In this document: piece by piece, positions 30,806-40,887 of the stretch
How positions within the stretch are numbered: position 1 is the first letter of the stretch
How the letters are laid out: every line of letters begins with the position of its first letter
DNA from: an uncultured Pseudomonadota bacterium
Lineage (GTDB): Bacteria; Pseudomonadota; Alphaproteobacteria; RF32; CAG-239
Assembly (NCBI GenBank): GCA_902763155.1
Contig: CACWQS010000002.1
Coordinates: 137,566-201,565, forward strand
Direction: 5' to 3'
DNA length: 64,000 bases
Made by a program: the position numbers and the translations under genes
Notes under the pieces: generated by a model
The model's input: the letters and a program-made list of their open reading frames with translations, nothing else
Databases searched by the model: none
Told to the model about the DNA's origin: nothing

Positions 30806-31300
30806 ATGAAGAAGAAATTGATTGTTATTTTATGTATGTTGGTTCTTTTAGGTTTTAGCATTTACCTGATAACCCAAACCAAAGATGCCGATAGAACGGT
30901 GACAGAAGAAAGCGTTGTCGAAATTGAAATGCCGAAATTACCTGAACAAATTTTCGATTTTGAAAAGGATTCGCTTACAGAAAATTGTTCGATTGACGAC
31001 CCTATGTTTTGCGCCATAGAAATCGCCGTCAAATGCACAATAAATCCGGAATTTTCTCTTTGTGCCAAAGCCGACTTACCTAAGTTTATATTCATGAACG
31101 AACCTGGATTAGACCGCCCGACCGAGATGAATTATAAAATTGTCGATAAAAAAATCTTAGGCAACGGCACCACCGAAATCTATACCGAAAGTAACTGTAA
31201 CGGTAACTGGTTCGGCCTATGCCAAGGCACTATTATCTACGTCATGGCGCAAAAACCGGAGAACGTATGGTATGTTAAAGATATTTACGGTATTGAATAA
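30806..31300 (+). CDS. secreted hypothetical protein (Cys-containing)
   Basis: Signal peptide or TM. 164 aa. No recognisable domain. Confidence 0.5.
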   Translation: MKKKLIVILCMLVLLGFSIYLITQTKDADRTVTEESVVEIEMPKLPEQIFDFEKDSLTENCSIDDPMFCAIEIAVKCTINPEFSLCAKADLPKFIFMNEPGLDRPTEMNYKIVDKKILGNGTTEIYTESNCNGNWFGLCQGTIIYVMAQKPENVWYVKDIYGIE

Positions 31301-31322
31301 GCTGTAAATATTTAAAAAATTA

Positions 31323-31353
31323 AGGCGTTCTCCTCACGGAGAGCGCCTTTTTT
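31323..31353. terminator. bidirectional terminator hairpin
   Basis: GGCGTTCTCC-TCAC-GGAGAGCGCC with T-runs on both strands. Confidence 0.6.
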
Positions 31354-31356
31354 GAT

Positions 31357-31599
31357 TCAGTAATTTAGTGGCTTACGCTTGCCGGTCCGATTAAACGAAC
31401 GGGCTTTAGCAATCACTCGGCTAAAGAGCCGCTTTTTCTTAGAAGGACGCGAACTCGGTCGTTCTTCTTCCTCCTCATTTTTCACCACCACAATCTCAAT
31501 TCTGCGTCCGAGCAGACCTTCGCGATTAGTGGGCATTTCGGTTAACGGTTGCGGCTGCGGTGAAAGCATTGCCACAATCCAAACAAGAACATTCAGCAT
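31357..31599 (-). CDS. small basic hypothetical protein
   Basis: 80 aa. N-terminal hydrophobic stretch, a poly-Glu run, then a K/R-rich tail. Confidence 0.35.
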   Translation of the reverse strand: MLNVLVWIVAMLSPQPQPLTEMPTNREGLLGRRIEIVVVKNEEEEERPSSRPSKKKRLFSRVIAKARSFNRTGKRKPLNY

Positions 31600-31611
31600 A
31601 GGCTATCTGGA

Positions 31612-32334
31612 TTAAAGTCTGTGCAATACACGCATCGCTGCCGTAACAATAGGTCCATTGATGGAGAGTCGCTTGCGCAGGCTCTTTTTTGCCTCTTTTA
31701 TCTGCGCATAACGAGCAAATCCGTCTATCGTATCCTTCTTGGCATAGGTCACTCCGTCAATGGTAAAGCGGTTGTCCGTCAACTTAACTTCAGACACCAC
31801 ATCCTCGTTAGCAAACACACGCGCTTCACCGGTCTTAACGTTAACAACAGCCTTCACTTCCCCTGCCTGCTTCACAAAAGCGAAAAAAGGCTTACTCTTA
31901 GTCGGAGCTGTTTCTCCAAAGCTGAGTTTTTTCGAGCGTTTGCGCGCTGTTTCACGAACTACTACCTTGCGCAAATGAATGTTCTCCTCAACTTCCTTTG
32001 GCACAATCGCCGTCGCCAACTGTTCCATAGCAGGAGCCTTGGTCGCCGTAAAATCAATCTCCGATACCAAAGTTGCCTTACCGCTCTCAATACTCACAAT
32101 GGCTTTAAACTTCCCTGCCGATTTGACATAAGCCAAAAATTCGACACCGTTCATCGCCACCTTGCGCAATGCAATACCTTGCTCGGGCTGAAGCTTCTGA
32201 TAAGGATACTCCTCATCATACCGATTGATTACCTCTTGAGCCTTTGAGTCGGCAAAATACTTGTTGATTACTTCCACTGCCTTTCGGTTAGCCAAATAAC
32301 CGTTTAGCTTTTCACTGCAAATTCTTTTCTGCAT
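31612..32334 (-). CDS. hypothetical protein with two internal about 70 aa repeats
   Basis: Repeats VEFLAYVKSAGKFKAIVSIESGKATLVSEIDF and FFAFVKQAGEVKAVVNVKTGEARVFANEDV. No family recognised. Confidence 0.5.
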   Translation of the reverse strand: MQKRICSEKLNGYLANRKAVEVINKYFADSKAQEVINRYDEEYPYQKLQPEQGIALRKVAMNGVEFLAYVKSAGKFKAIVSIESGKATLVSEIDFTATKAPAMEQLATAIVPKEVEENIHLRKVVVRETARKRSKKLSFGETAPTKSKPFFAFVKQAGEVKAVVNVKTGEARVFANEDVVSEVKLTDNRFTIDGVTYAKKDTIDGFARYAQIKEAKKSLRKRLSINGPIVTAAMRVLHRL

Positions 32335-32588
32335 AAGCGTTAATAATTTAAAGTTAATTTTTAAGCAAACATCATCAATGCTTGCAAGTTAATAATAAAT
32401 TTATCGAAAGTACTTATACTTTATTTTTTTGTCAAAGTCAATAAAAATCAGCAAATATTTCTACATCTTTCCATCTTTCAAAATATCTTATACAACATAT
32501 ATAAAAGGTTGAATTTTTTTTAATTGACAATAAAACTACTAATAAATATATTCAAAATATAATATATTATTGAAGAAGGACTAATAAA

Positions 32589-33077
32589 ATGAAACAAGGC
32601 AATAAGATAAAAGAAGATAACGAACCTAACTTAGTTGATGTCCATGTCGGCAAGAGGATTCGCCTGCGTCGCAATATTTTGCACATCACCCAACAACAAT
32701 TGGCTGAAATGCTCGGTTTGACCTTTCAACAAGTGCAAAAATATGAAAAAGGTCTAAATCGTGTAGGTGCAAGCCGTTTATGGGATATCAGTCGCGTTTT
32801 AGATGTGCCGATGAACTTTTTCTTTGAAGATATGGACGAGCTTTCGGCCGCCAGAAGCCCGCGCATGTTGCGCCGTAATTACGAAGAAAGAGGATATTTG
32901 CGCGAAGATCGTCCGGTTATTGATAATGACCCGATGAAACGAGCTGAAACTTTGGAATTAGTCCGCGCTTACTATAAAATTCCTAATCGGGCAATCGCCA
33001 AAAAGCTTTTTGATGCCATTGTTCTACTCTCAAAATCGACATACAATCTGCCGGATTCCGATAGCGATGATGAATAA
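32589..33077 (+). CDS. XRE-family HTH transcription regulator with an acidic C-terminal tail
   Basis: HTH ITQQQLAEMLGLTFQQVQKYEKGLNRVGASRLWDISRVL. Tail DSDSDDE. Confidence 0.7.
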   Translation: MKQGNKIKEDNEPNLVDVHVGKRIRLRRNILHITQQQLAEMLGLTFQQVQKYEKGLNRVGASRLWDISRVLDVPMNFFFEDMDELSAARSPRMLRRNYEERGYLREDRPVIDNDPMKRAETLELVRAYYKIPNRAIAKKLFDAIVLLSKSTYNLPDSDSDDE

Positions 33078-33810
33078 TCAAGACGAACTACACAAACCTA
33101 AATTTTTCGGTCGGCGTAAAGGACGCACTATCCGTAAAACCAAAAATTTCCTTTTAGAAAATTTTTTGCCGCGTATTCGCTTGTCTGCGGGTAAAAAAAT
33201 TGATTTACCTGCTTGCTTTCCTGAACCTAAACAAAAATTCTGCTTAGAAATAGGTTTTGGTGACGGGGAACATTTGGCCGCTATCGCCCAAGACTGCCCG
33301 CAAAATGGTTTTATCGGTGTTGAGGTATATCAAAACGGGGTGGCAAATTTGCTTAATTTACTGACCGGCATTAAAGAAGGGGACGAATGTGGTAATGCCG
33401 ATGACATCAGCTTACTGCCGGACCGAACCGATAATATCCGTGTTTTTGATGATGACGTGCGCCTACTGTTCGCTTCCTTACCATCAGCATCATTTGATAA
33501 AGTTTATTTGTTGTTTCCTGACCCGTGGCCAAAGAAAAAACACGCTTCCCGCCGATTCGTTAATCCAGAAAATCTGCAAGAATTGGCTCGATTGATAAAA
33601 AAAGGCGGTATTTTACAAATTGCCACCGATCACGCGGTATATAAGCGTTGGGTTATGGAACAGATGCGCAACAATAAAGACTTTGTTTGGACGGCAAAAT
33701 GCTCCGACGATTGGCGTAATCCGCCTGCCGACTGGCACGAAACCAAGTATCAACGCAAAGCCATTCGCGAAGGACGCAAACCGGTATTTTTTGAATACAA
33801 AAGAATCTAG
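33067..33810 (+). CDS. trmB: tRNA (guanine-N7)-methyltransferase
   Basis: SAM-binding LEIGFGDGEHL and the FPDPWPKKKH motif. The likely start, MMNNQ, overlaps the upstream gene end. Confidence 0.8.
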   Translation: MMNNQDELHKPKFFGRRKGRTIRKTKNFLLENFLPRIRLSAGKKIDLPACFPEPKQKFCLEIGFGDGEHLAAIAQDCPQNGFIGVEVYQNGVANLLNLLTGIKEGDECGNADDISLLPDRTDNIRVFDDDVRLLFASLPSASFDKVYLLFPDPWPKKKHASRRFVNPENLQELARLIKKGGILQIATDHAVYKRWVMEQMRNNKDFVWTAKCSDDWRNPPADWHETKYQRKAIREGRKPVFFEYKRI

Positions 33811-34370
33811 CTTATGCTCAATCCGCGCAACACTGCCTCAAAATCATCGCGTTGCGGTGCACAAATATAAGCGCCGACTTTTATATCATCAACATCATGT
33901 ATCAAATAAAATTTACGCAACTGCACATACTCCTCACCATCTAAAGAATAGCTGGCAATATAGCAACCGTTGCGTCTTTTCAGTCTATACCACACATGCT
34001 TGGTCCCGCGCGGCAGCGGCACTGTTGCTAAATCAGAAAAACCGTCATTAGTCAAACTGGTAGCCAGCATCGGGCTTTCTTCATTATCATACATAATCGA
34101 TGCCTTAAACCAATTATTAACGTCGGAACGAAGCATAATTCCGCACTGGTCATATTGTCCGGTTGAAGCAAACTCCCAATCCAAATTACAGCAAAAATCC
34201 CCCAATGCGTAACAATGGAAAAAATGTCCGTCATCTTTGCGAAAATTAAATCTTGAACAACACCAAAAATCCGTGCGATACTTAGCCGTAACATACATAC
34301 CGTCATCATCGAATCGCACTCGCTGCGGTTCATTCATCCAATCAAACTGTTTCAGCATTTCCAAAAGCAT
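33807..34370 (-). CDS. DUF1349-like beta-sandwich protein (tentative)
   Basis: 187 aa. Family resemblance only. Confidence 0.4.
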   Translation of the reverse strand: MLLEMLKQFDWMNEPQRVRFDDDGMYVTAKYRTDFWCCSRFNFRKDDGHFFHCYALGDFCCNLDWEFASTGQYDQCGIMLRSDVNNWFKASIMYDNEESPMLATSLTNDGFSDLATVPLPRGTKHVWYRLKRRNGCYIASYSLDGEEYVQLRKFYLIHDVDDIKVGAYICAPQRDDFEAVLRGLSIS

Positions 34371-35302
34371 TAAAAACTCCTCACGGCATAATTTTCCATT
34401 TTTTCAGCGGCATCAGCTAAATTTGCACCTTTATCTTTCGGCAGCATAATCTGCAAATTTATAATTTCGTCTCCTTGAGAGGTTTTAGATTTCATTCCTT
34501 GCCCTTTTAAGCGTAGTTTTTCACCGCTCGATGAATACGGCGGTATCGTAACTGCTACCTTACCTCTGATTGTCGGCACGGTAATTTTGGCTCCTTTAAT
34601 TGCTTCTACTACCGAAATCGGCAAATCCAGCAAAACATTCAATCCGTCATTTTTAAAATACGGATGTTCCTCCACATTAACCGTAATTAGGGCATCTCCG
34701 GCTGCTCCACCATTTGTTCCGGCATAGCCCAAACCTTTCAAACGCAAAGTTTGCCCGTTTTGCATACCTGCCGGAATCTTGACATTAACACTCTTACCGC
34801 CCAGATTGACCTTTTTTTCAACCCCGTTTGCCGCTTCCAAAAAACTTACCCGCATATTGTAGGCAATATCTTGTCCTTTGCGTGCCGTATTACGCCTACT
34901 GCCAAACGGATTACCACCCGCCTGCGCCCCTCCGGTAAATTGCGAAAAGAAATCGGAATCAAAAATTGAAGAAAAATCAAACCCTTCCGCACCGCCAAAA
35001 CCATTCCCCGAAGCCCGAAATCCGCCACCGAACGGATTGCCGCCGGCTCCGCCGAAACCGGCACCAAAACCGGTTGGTTTTCCCTCGGCATCTATTTCGT
35101 TATTATCATATTTCTTACGCTTTTCGGTATTACCGATAATATCATAAGCATTTGAAATTTCTTTGAATTTTTCTGCAGCGTTCGCATCGTCTTTATTCAA
35201 ATCGGGATGATATTTACGCGCCAACTTACGATACGCCGACTTTATTTCGGCTTCCGTTGCCGTTTTACTGACACCCAAAATTTGATATAAATCTTTATTC
35301 AT
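34370..35302 (-). CDS. cbpA: DnaJ-class co-chaperone without zinc-finger domain (CbpA-like)
   Basis: J-domain with HPD ([33 protein letters not shown]), G/F-rich linker, two C-terminal DnaJ_C beta domains, no CxxCxGxG repeats. Confidence 0.8.
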   Translation of the reverse strand: MNKDLYQILGVSKTATEAEIKSAYRKLARKYHPDLNKDDANAAEKFKEISNAYDIIGNTEKRKKYDNNEIDAEGKPTGFGAGFGGAGGNPFGGGFRASGNGFGGAEGFDFSSIFDSDFFSQFTGGAQAGGNPFGSRRNTARKGQDIAYNMRVSFLEAANGVEKKVNLGGKSVNVKIPAGMQNGQTLRLKGLGYAGTNGGAAGDALITVNVEEHPYFKNDGLNVLLDLPISVVEAIKGAKITVPTIRGKVAVTIPPYSSSGEKLRLKGQGMKSKTSQGDEIINLQIMLPKDKGANLADAAEKMENYAVRSF

Positions 35303-35338
35303 AGTCTTTTCTCCCTATCTGATTATATAGGGATAAAC

Positions 35339-35782
35339 TTATTGCGATGCAAGGTTCACACAATCAAAAGTAGCGCGCCGTTTATGATTACGATACATAT
35401 AAATATCGCGCAAATATGCTTTTTTACCCATGCTGTATTCGTAGCAATACGCCGAGGCCAACGATGCCACATCGTCAATCCGAACGTCGGAATACTCGTA
35501 TACCACATAGTTTTCACCGGCAACTTTCATTACAATATTTTGACGCAAGCGCTCAACATCTGAGGCATATTTCGGTGTTGGCACAATCTTCGGTTCTGAA
35601 ATCTTATCTGATCTTATCTGTTCTACCGAAACCATCGGCTCAATAACTTTCGGCTCCTGCGTTCCATTATCATTCCACATATCGCTCAAAGTGCCGTATT
35701 TACTATTCTCCAATTGGCACGAAGCGCACACTAGCGCCATAATACCGATGCTCAAAAATTTTTTCATCTTTGCTCTCCTCAT
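35339..35782 (-). CDS. putative lipoprotein
   Basis: Signal peptide with lipobox ...LVCASC. 147 aa. Confidence 0.5.
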   Translation of the reverse strand: MRRAKMKKFLSIGIMALVCASCQLENSKYGTLSDMWNDNGTQEPKVIEPMVSVEQIRSDKISEPKIVPTPKYASDVERLRQNIVMKVAGENYVVYEYSDVRIDDVASLASAYCYEYSMGKKAYLRDIYMYRNHKRRATFDCVNLASQ

Positions 35783-35838
35783 AACCTATAGGCTACACTC
35801 TTATGCTCGGAGTATAAAACAAAGATATTAAACTTTCC

Positions 35839-36369
35839 TTAATTCGCCAACAGATTATACAGCTTGTTGCCTGCATCATCTAAAATACGAATTACCTCAC
35901 GGTTTTTGGTATTACGCATACGATTATTGCTTAAATTTTCCATAATTTGCTGCATTTTACGTTCAAATTCGGCATTATCCTCAACTTTTTCAAACTGTTT
36001 AGCCAGTTTCTCATCACCCAATTTATAATTTACCACAGCCTGAACCACCATAATATTGCGTGCTTCACGCTGATCTCCATAGCTGGCCAAGCGCATTCCT
36101 GATTTCTTTTTCTCGGTGTCATAGACTTTATCATCAACCTTAGCCTCATTTTCGAGCACTACCTGTGCAGCCTGTTGACGTTCTGCTTGCTCCATTTTAT
36201 TATTTTGCGGCAAAAGCTGCTCATAGGTTGGTGCCGCCGAACGTTGATATCTCAAGTTTTTAGCATCAGTTGCATAAGAGACGCCGCCATCAGCGGAAAT
36301 TTTACCGACTTGTGCCTGAACCGCCGAACTGCACAATATTGCCACCAACAAAACCCAAACTATTTTCAT
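35839..36369 (-). CDS. secreted hypothetical protein
   Basis: Signal peptide MKIVWVLLVAILCSSAVQA. 176 aa, charged/coiled-coil. Confidence 0.5.
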   Translation of the reverse strand: MKIVWVLLVAILCSSAVQAQVGKISADGGVSYATDAKNLRYQRSAAPTYEQLLPQNNKMEQAERQQAAQVVLENEAKVDDKVYDTEKKKSGMRLASYGDQREARNIMVVQAVVNYKLGDEKLAKQFEKVEDNAEFERKMQQIMENLSNNRMRNTKNREVIRILDDAGNKLYNLLAN

Positions 36370-36457
36370 TGCGCATACCTTTCAAAAAAAACTTGCTTAA
36401 CCCTTTTTATATCATATATGCTGTAAAAAGCAAAAGAAAAGAATACGAGGCACTGAA

Positions 36458-37426
36458 ATGGTTAAAACAATATGGGCGTTGATGGACGATCGCCGTGGCA
36501 GCGTAGGGCAAGCCAAAGGAATTTTAAATGCGCTCGATACCACAAAATTCAATATTATTGAAAAAAATATCAAATACACTCGTTTGGCCGGATTGCCGAA
36601 TATTTTACGCGGGCGCAGCCTGCTGGGTGTGGCCTCGGAAAGCCGACAGCATATAACCGCTCCTTATCCCGATATTGTGCTTTCCATCAGCCGCCGCACT
36701 GCCCCAATCGCTCGTTATGTTAAGAAAAAATCGCCACAGACAAAGTTGGTGCAACTGATGCACGCCGGCTCGGCCGGAATTAACGAATTTGATTTAATTG
36801 TGGTGCCGGAACACGACAAAAATAAGAAACAAACTCCGCAAATGTATTATATTATCGGTTGCCCGCATCGTATAACCGCCGAATATTTGCAAGAAGCACG
36901 CGCTAAATGGGAAAAAGAATTTGCCGATTTACCTAAACCGCTAACTGCGGTTATTGTCGGCGGAGCTATTAAAAAACATCAATTCAGCGCAGAAAATGCA
37001 ACTGCTTTGGCAACAGCGGTCAAAAGGCTCAAAAGCCAAATTGGCGGTTCCATCTTGCTTACCACCTCGCGTCGCACCGGTGAACAAGCACAAAAAATTA
37101 TAGTTAATGCCTTAAAAGATATCCCGCAATATAATTACCTGTGGGGCGATACACGTGAAAATCCGTATAGCGGTTTTTTGGCTTGTGCCGATAATATCAT
37201 TGTTACCGGCGATTCGGTTTCTATGTGTTGCGAAGCTACCGGTAGTGGTAAACCGATTTATGTGTTTAGAGGGCAAAATTGGCTTACTCCGAAACATGAA
37301 CGTTTTGTGCAATCTCTTTTGGATAATGGCTGTGCCGCACTTATAGAAGACGCCGATGCCAGCTTTAAGCCGCAAAAAAGCTTAAACGCCGCTGCTGAAG
37401 TAGCTGAACTGATTGAAAATTTATAA
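36458..37426 (+). CDS. ELM1/GT-B-like family protein (bacterial homolog of the mitochondrial fission ELM1 family; putative glycosyltransferase)
   Basis: The N-terminus TIWALMDDRRGSVGQAKGILNAL and its 322 aa length fit the family. Tentative. Confidence 0.45.
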   Translation: MVKTIWALMDDRRGSVGQAKGILNALDTTKFNIIEKNIKYTRLAGLPNILRGRSLLGVASESRQHITAPYPDIVLSISRRTAPIARYVKKKSPQTKLVQLMHAGSAGINEFDLIVVPEHDKNKKQTPQMYYIIGCPHRITAEYLQEARAKWEKEFADLPKPLTAVIVGGAIKKHQFSAENATALATAVKRLKSQIGGSILLTTSRRTGEQAQKIIVNALKDIPQYNYLWGDTRENPYSGFLACADNIIVTGDSVSMCCEATGSGKPIYVFRGQNWLTPKHERFVQSLLDNGCAALIEDADASFKPQKSLNAAAEVAELIENL

Positions 37427-37727
37427 ATCTTCTTCCGCCTCGTCCATTTGCGCCACATATAAGTCAATTACCTGCTGCAGTTGGCTGTTTTGCTTATTTT
37501 CAGCGTCATCAACGGGAGGGAAAATATCGGTCTCGGTAAAAATACTTATAGTCCCCCAAATACACAAACTCCAAACACTTTGCCGCATACCTTCCTCCAC
37601 CGCCGAAAAAATATAGTAACCGATAAAAGTTTTTCAATCACAAAATGTAATGAATATTGACGTTTTATTAAATTGTCGCTATTATACTGCACATATTGAA
37701 TTATCAAATATAACAAGGATATTTAAG

Positions 37728-39104
37728 ATGCAGATGTTTGCTTTTTTTCTTGCGATGTTTTCTTCCCTGAGTTGGCTGATTTACGCCGTTATGTTTGTCC
37801 GCTCCAAACTCGAAGCCGATAGTTTGTGGGAACAAAGTCCCGAAATGATGTTGATGCTGATTGCGGTTGTAGCCTTACCGCTTTTAACAATATGGATGGT
37901 ATTCGGCTATGTTAACCAATATATCAACAACAAACAAATAAATCGCAAACAAACTGAGCTTTTAAGACAACTGCAAAAGAATCAAGACTATACCGACTTG
38001 GTGGTACGGGTAATGCTTGATGCCGAACACGAAATTAAAGACGGATTCGTCATCAATAAATTTGAAGTTCTGATTAACGATATGAACGAGGCTTTAAGCG
38101 AAATTATCCAACGCTGCAACCTTGCCTCAACTTCCCAACTGGAACAACTGTGGCAACGTGTGGGCAGAGGTGAACGCTGGACGCTTGGCAAAACCATTTT
38201 AGAAGCCAGTAAAAGCCGTAGCACTTTTGACGCTTGGGCACGCGAAAAAGTCAGCCGTGACAAAGTTTTCCGCGGCTCGCTATTGGAATTTTGCTCGCGC
38301 TACCAAAATTTATTGCAACTTTTGGAAAAACATGACCGTGACCGCGTCTTTTTGAATATGATAGAAATGGGGGTCTTGGGTAAGGTATATTCCATTATTG
38401 CTCCTCTTAGCTCGGGTATAGATTCCTTAACCGCTACTAAAAACACAACTGACGAACCGCCGGCAAACGATTATACTTCCGTCTTAAAATTGGCCACCAT
38501 GGCAGAACCGGCAGCCCAAAATACTATCATGAACATTGATAAAAATGACACCGATGAGCCGGAAGATAACGAAGAATATGAACCAAAACCATCTATTCTT
38601 TCCCGTTTCAAACTTTTTGGGCGCAAAGAAGAACCGCAAGCACCGTCTATGGCCGACCAAGATCCGTTTTTCCGTGCTCTGCATAACAGTTTTCAAACCG
38701 AAACAAATGCAAATGAACCGACATTCGGCGCTTCTTCATTAGCGTCAGAAGAACCGAGCTTAAAAACAGATTCACTTTCACCGACAAACGAAAGCATTGA
38801 TTTAACCTCTGTAAACAATGATTTTATGAAAGATTTTAACACCGATTTTTCGGCCGCAGATGAATATAACAAAACACTCAAAGAAACAACTCCGTTAACC
38901 GGATTAAGCGATTTTGCCGCTCGTCTGGCGGCGGTGCGCGGTGAAGCCATACAAACAGCACCTTCTGTTGAAACTCCTTTTTCGGATACTGTTAAACCGG
39001 AACCCGAACCTTCAGCACCGATAGAAAATAAAAATGATGACGACAACGAAGATTTAGTATATCCGTTTGGCGGGTGGGACAATGAAGTCGGTAACGATAA
39101 ATAG
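37728..39104 (+). CDS. membrane-anchored protein with a coiled-coil region and a long acidic disordered C-terminal region
   Basis: Two N-terminal TM helices, a helical region (residues about 100-260), then about 200 aa rich in D/E/S/T/P. Start set at MQMFAFF. Confidence 0.5.
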   Translation: MQMFAFFLAMFSSLSWLIYAVMFVRSKLEADSLWEQSPEMMLMLIAVVALPLLTIWMVFGYVNQYINNKQINRKQTELLRQLQKNQDYTDLVVRVMLDAEHEIKDGFVINKFEVLINDMNEALSEIIQRCNLASTSQLEQLWQRVGRGERWTLGKTILEASKSRSTFDAWAREKVSRDKVFRGSLLEFCSRYQNLLQLLEKHDRDRVFLNMIEMGVLGKVYSIIAPLSSGIDSLTATKNTTDEPPANDYTSVLKLATMAEPAAQNTIMNIDKNDTDEPEDNEEYEPKPSILSRFKLFGRKEEPQAPSMADQDPFFRALHNSFQTETNANEPTFGASSLASEEPSLKTDSLSPTNESIDLTSVNNDFMKDFNTDFSAADEYNKTLKETTPLTGLSDFAARLAAVRGEAIQTAPSVETPFSDTVKPEPEPSAPIENKNDDDNEDLVYPFGGWDNEVGNDK

Positions 39105-40887
39105 TCTATTTGCCATTATTCTCGGTTGTCTGTTTTGCAATATCGCCGCTGCAAAGATTTATGACCATATCGCTCTTTACGGACAGTCTAAATACTCACC
39201 GAATTTTAAGGCTTTTGAATATATTAATCCCAATGCTCCGCAAGGCGGCAAAATTATTTTGCCGGCCTATGGCACGTTCGATAATTTTAATCCATATATT
39301 TTTAAAGGTGTTGCGGCTTCGTTTGTACCGGCACTGACTATGGAAACACTGGGTTTTTCGCCCACCGATGACCCGTTCACGGTTTATCCGTTGTTGGCAA
39401 AAAAGTTTGACCTACCGGAAGATAAATCGTATGTAGGGTTTATTTTGAACGAAAATGCTCGTTTTGCCGACGGCTCACCGGTAACTGCTGACGATGTGGT
39501 ATTCAGCTTCAACGCCATTATGCAAAAAGGCTCTCCTGTTTATAAAATGTATTATGCCGATGTTGATAAGGTAGAAAAAATAAATGACCGCGAAGTTCGT
39601 TTTTATTTTAAGCCAAATACCGAGAACAAAGAGTTGCCGATGATCTTATCGCAATTTACTATTTTTTCCGCTAAAGACTGGGAAGGACGCGAATTTGACA
39701 CACCTTCTTTGCAACCGCCATTAGGTAGCGGACCTTACGTGGTGGAAGATTTTCAAGTCAACAAATATGTCGCTTTTAAAAAAAATCCTCACTATTGGGG
39801 CAAAGACCTGCCAACTCGCCGTGGTTTTTACAACTTCGAACAAATCCGTTATGACTATTACCAAGATACTACCGTAACTCTGCAAGCCCTGTTTTCCGGT
39901 AATATTGATGCCCGAGAAGAATATATTGCCAAGATTTGGATGACCGGCTATGATAACGACTTAATCAAATCCGGTAAAATCATCAAAGAAACGGTGAAAC
40001 ACAATAATCCCGCCACTTTGCAAAATTTTGCTTTTAATGTACGGCATGATAAATTTAAAGACCGCCGCGTGCGTCAAGCGCTTGATTTGGCGTTCAATTT
40101 TGAATGGGCGAATGAAAAACTGTTTTATAATCAATACAAGCGTCTTACCAGTTATTTTACCAATACCGGAATGGAGGCAACCGGCTTACCCGAAGGGCGA
40201 GAATTGCAAATTTTAAGCGCTTATAAAGACCAACTGCCCGATGATGTCTTTACCGAAGAATATCAACCTACGGTTAATCCGCAAATCAACAACCCGCGCG
40301 AAAATCTCAAAAAAGCCGTGGCATTGCTTAAAAGTGCCGGCTACGATTTCAAAGACGGAAAAATGGTAAATTTAACCACCGGTGAACCGCTGGAAGTGGA
40401 AATTTTGAGCAATTCCGCCAACGGCACCACTTTTACCAAAGTGATGTTGCCGTATATCGAAAATCTGCGTAAAATCGGCATCAAAGCCGTATTTCGTAAT
40501 CTAGAAGTTAATATCTTCAAAAATCGGCTCGATAATTTTGATTTTGATATGGCGATAATCTCCTATCCGGTATCACAACTCCCCGGCAACGAACAGCGTG
40601 AATACTGGGGTTCTCAGGCCGCCGACATGAATGGTAGTAATAACGTTATAGGTATTAAAAATCCGGTGGTTGATGGGTTAATCAAAGGGCTTGTATCTGC
40701 TCAGCAAAAAGAAGATTATGTGGCTTATGTCCGTGCGCTCGACCGTGTTTTACTCCATGAAAATTATATGATTTTTCAGTGGTATTCGCCGGTGCAACGG
40801 GTGGCATATTGGGATAAATTCGGTCAACCGCAAACCGAAATAAAAACCGGTTTTCAACCGTTCACATGGTGGGCAAAGGAGCAATAA
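39082..40887 (+). CDS. ABC transporter substrate-binding protein, family 5 (YejA/OppA-like peptide binding)
   Basis: Signal peptide, about 600 aa, and family-5 SBP features, e.g. WGKDLPTRRGFYNFEQIRYDYY. Confidence 0.8.
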   Translation: MKSVTINSLFAIILGCLFCNIAAAKIYDHIALYGQSKYSPNFKAFEYINPNAPQGGKIILPAYGTFDNFNPYIFKGVAASFVPALTMETLGFSPTDDPFTVYPLLAKKFDLPEDKSYVGFILNENARFADGSPVTADDVVFSFNAIMQKGSPVYKMYYADVDKVEKINDREVRFYFKPNTENKELPMILSQFTIFSAKDWEGREFDTPSLQPPLGSGPYVVEDFQVNKYVAFKKNPHYWGKDLPTRRGFYNFEQIRYDYYQDTTVTLQALFSGNIDAREEYIAKIWMTGYDNDLIKSGKIIKETVKHNNPATLQNFAFNVRHDKFKDRRVRQALDLAFNFEWANEKLFYNQYKRLTSYFTNTGMEATGLPEGRELQILSAYKDQLPDDVFTEEYQPTVNPQINNPRENLKKAVALLKSAGYDFKDGKMVNLTTGEPLEVEILSNSANGTTFTKVMLPYIENLRKIGIKAVFRNLEVNIFKNRLDNFDFDMAIISYPVSQLPGNEQREYWGSQAADMNGSNNVIGIKNPVVDGLIKGLVSAQQKEDYVAYVRALDRVLLHENYMIFQWYSPVQRVAYWDKFGQPQTEIKTGFQPFTWWAKEQ

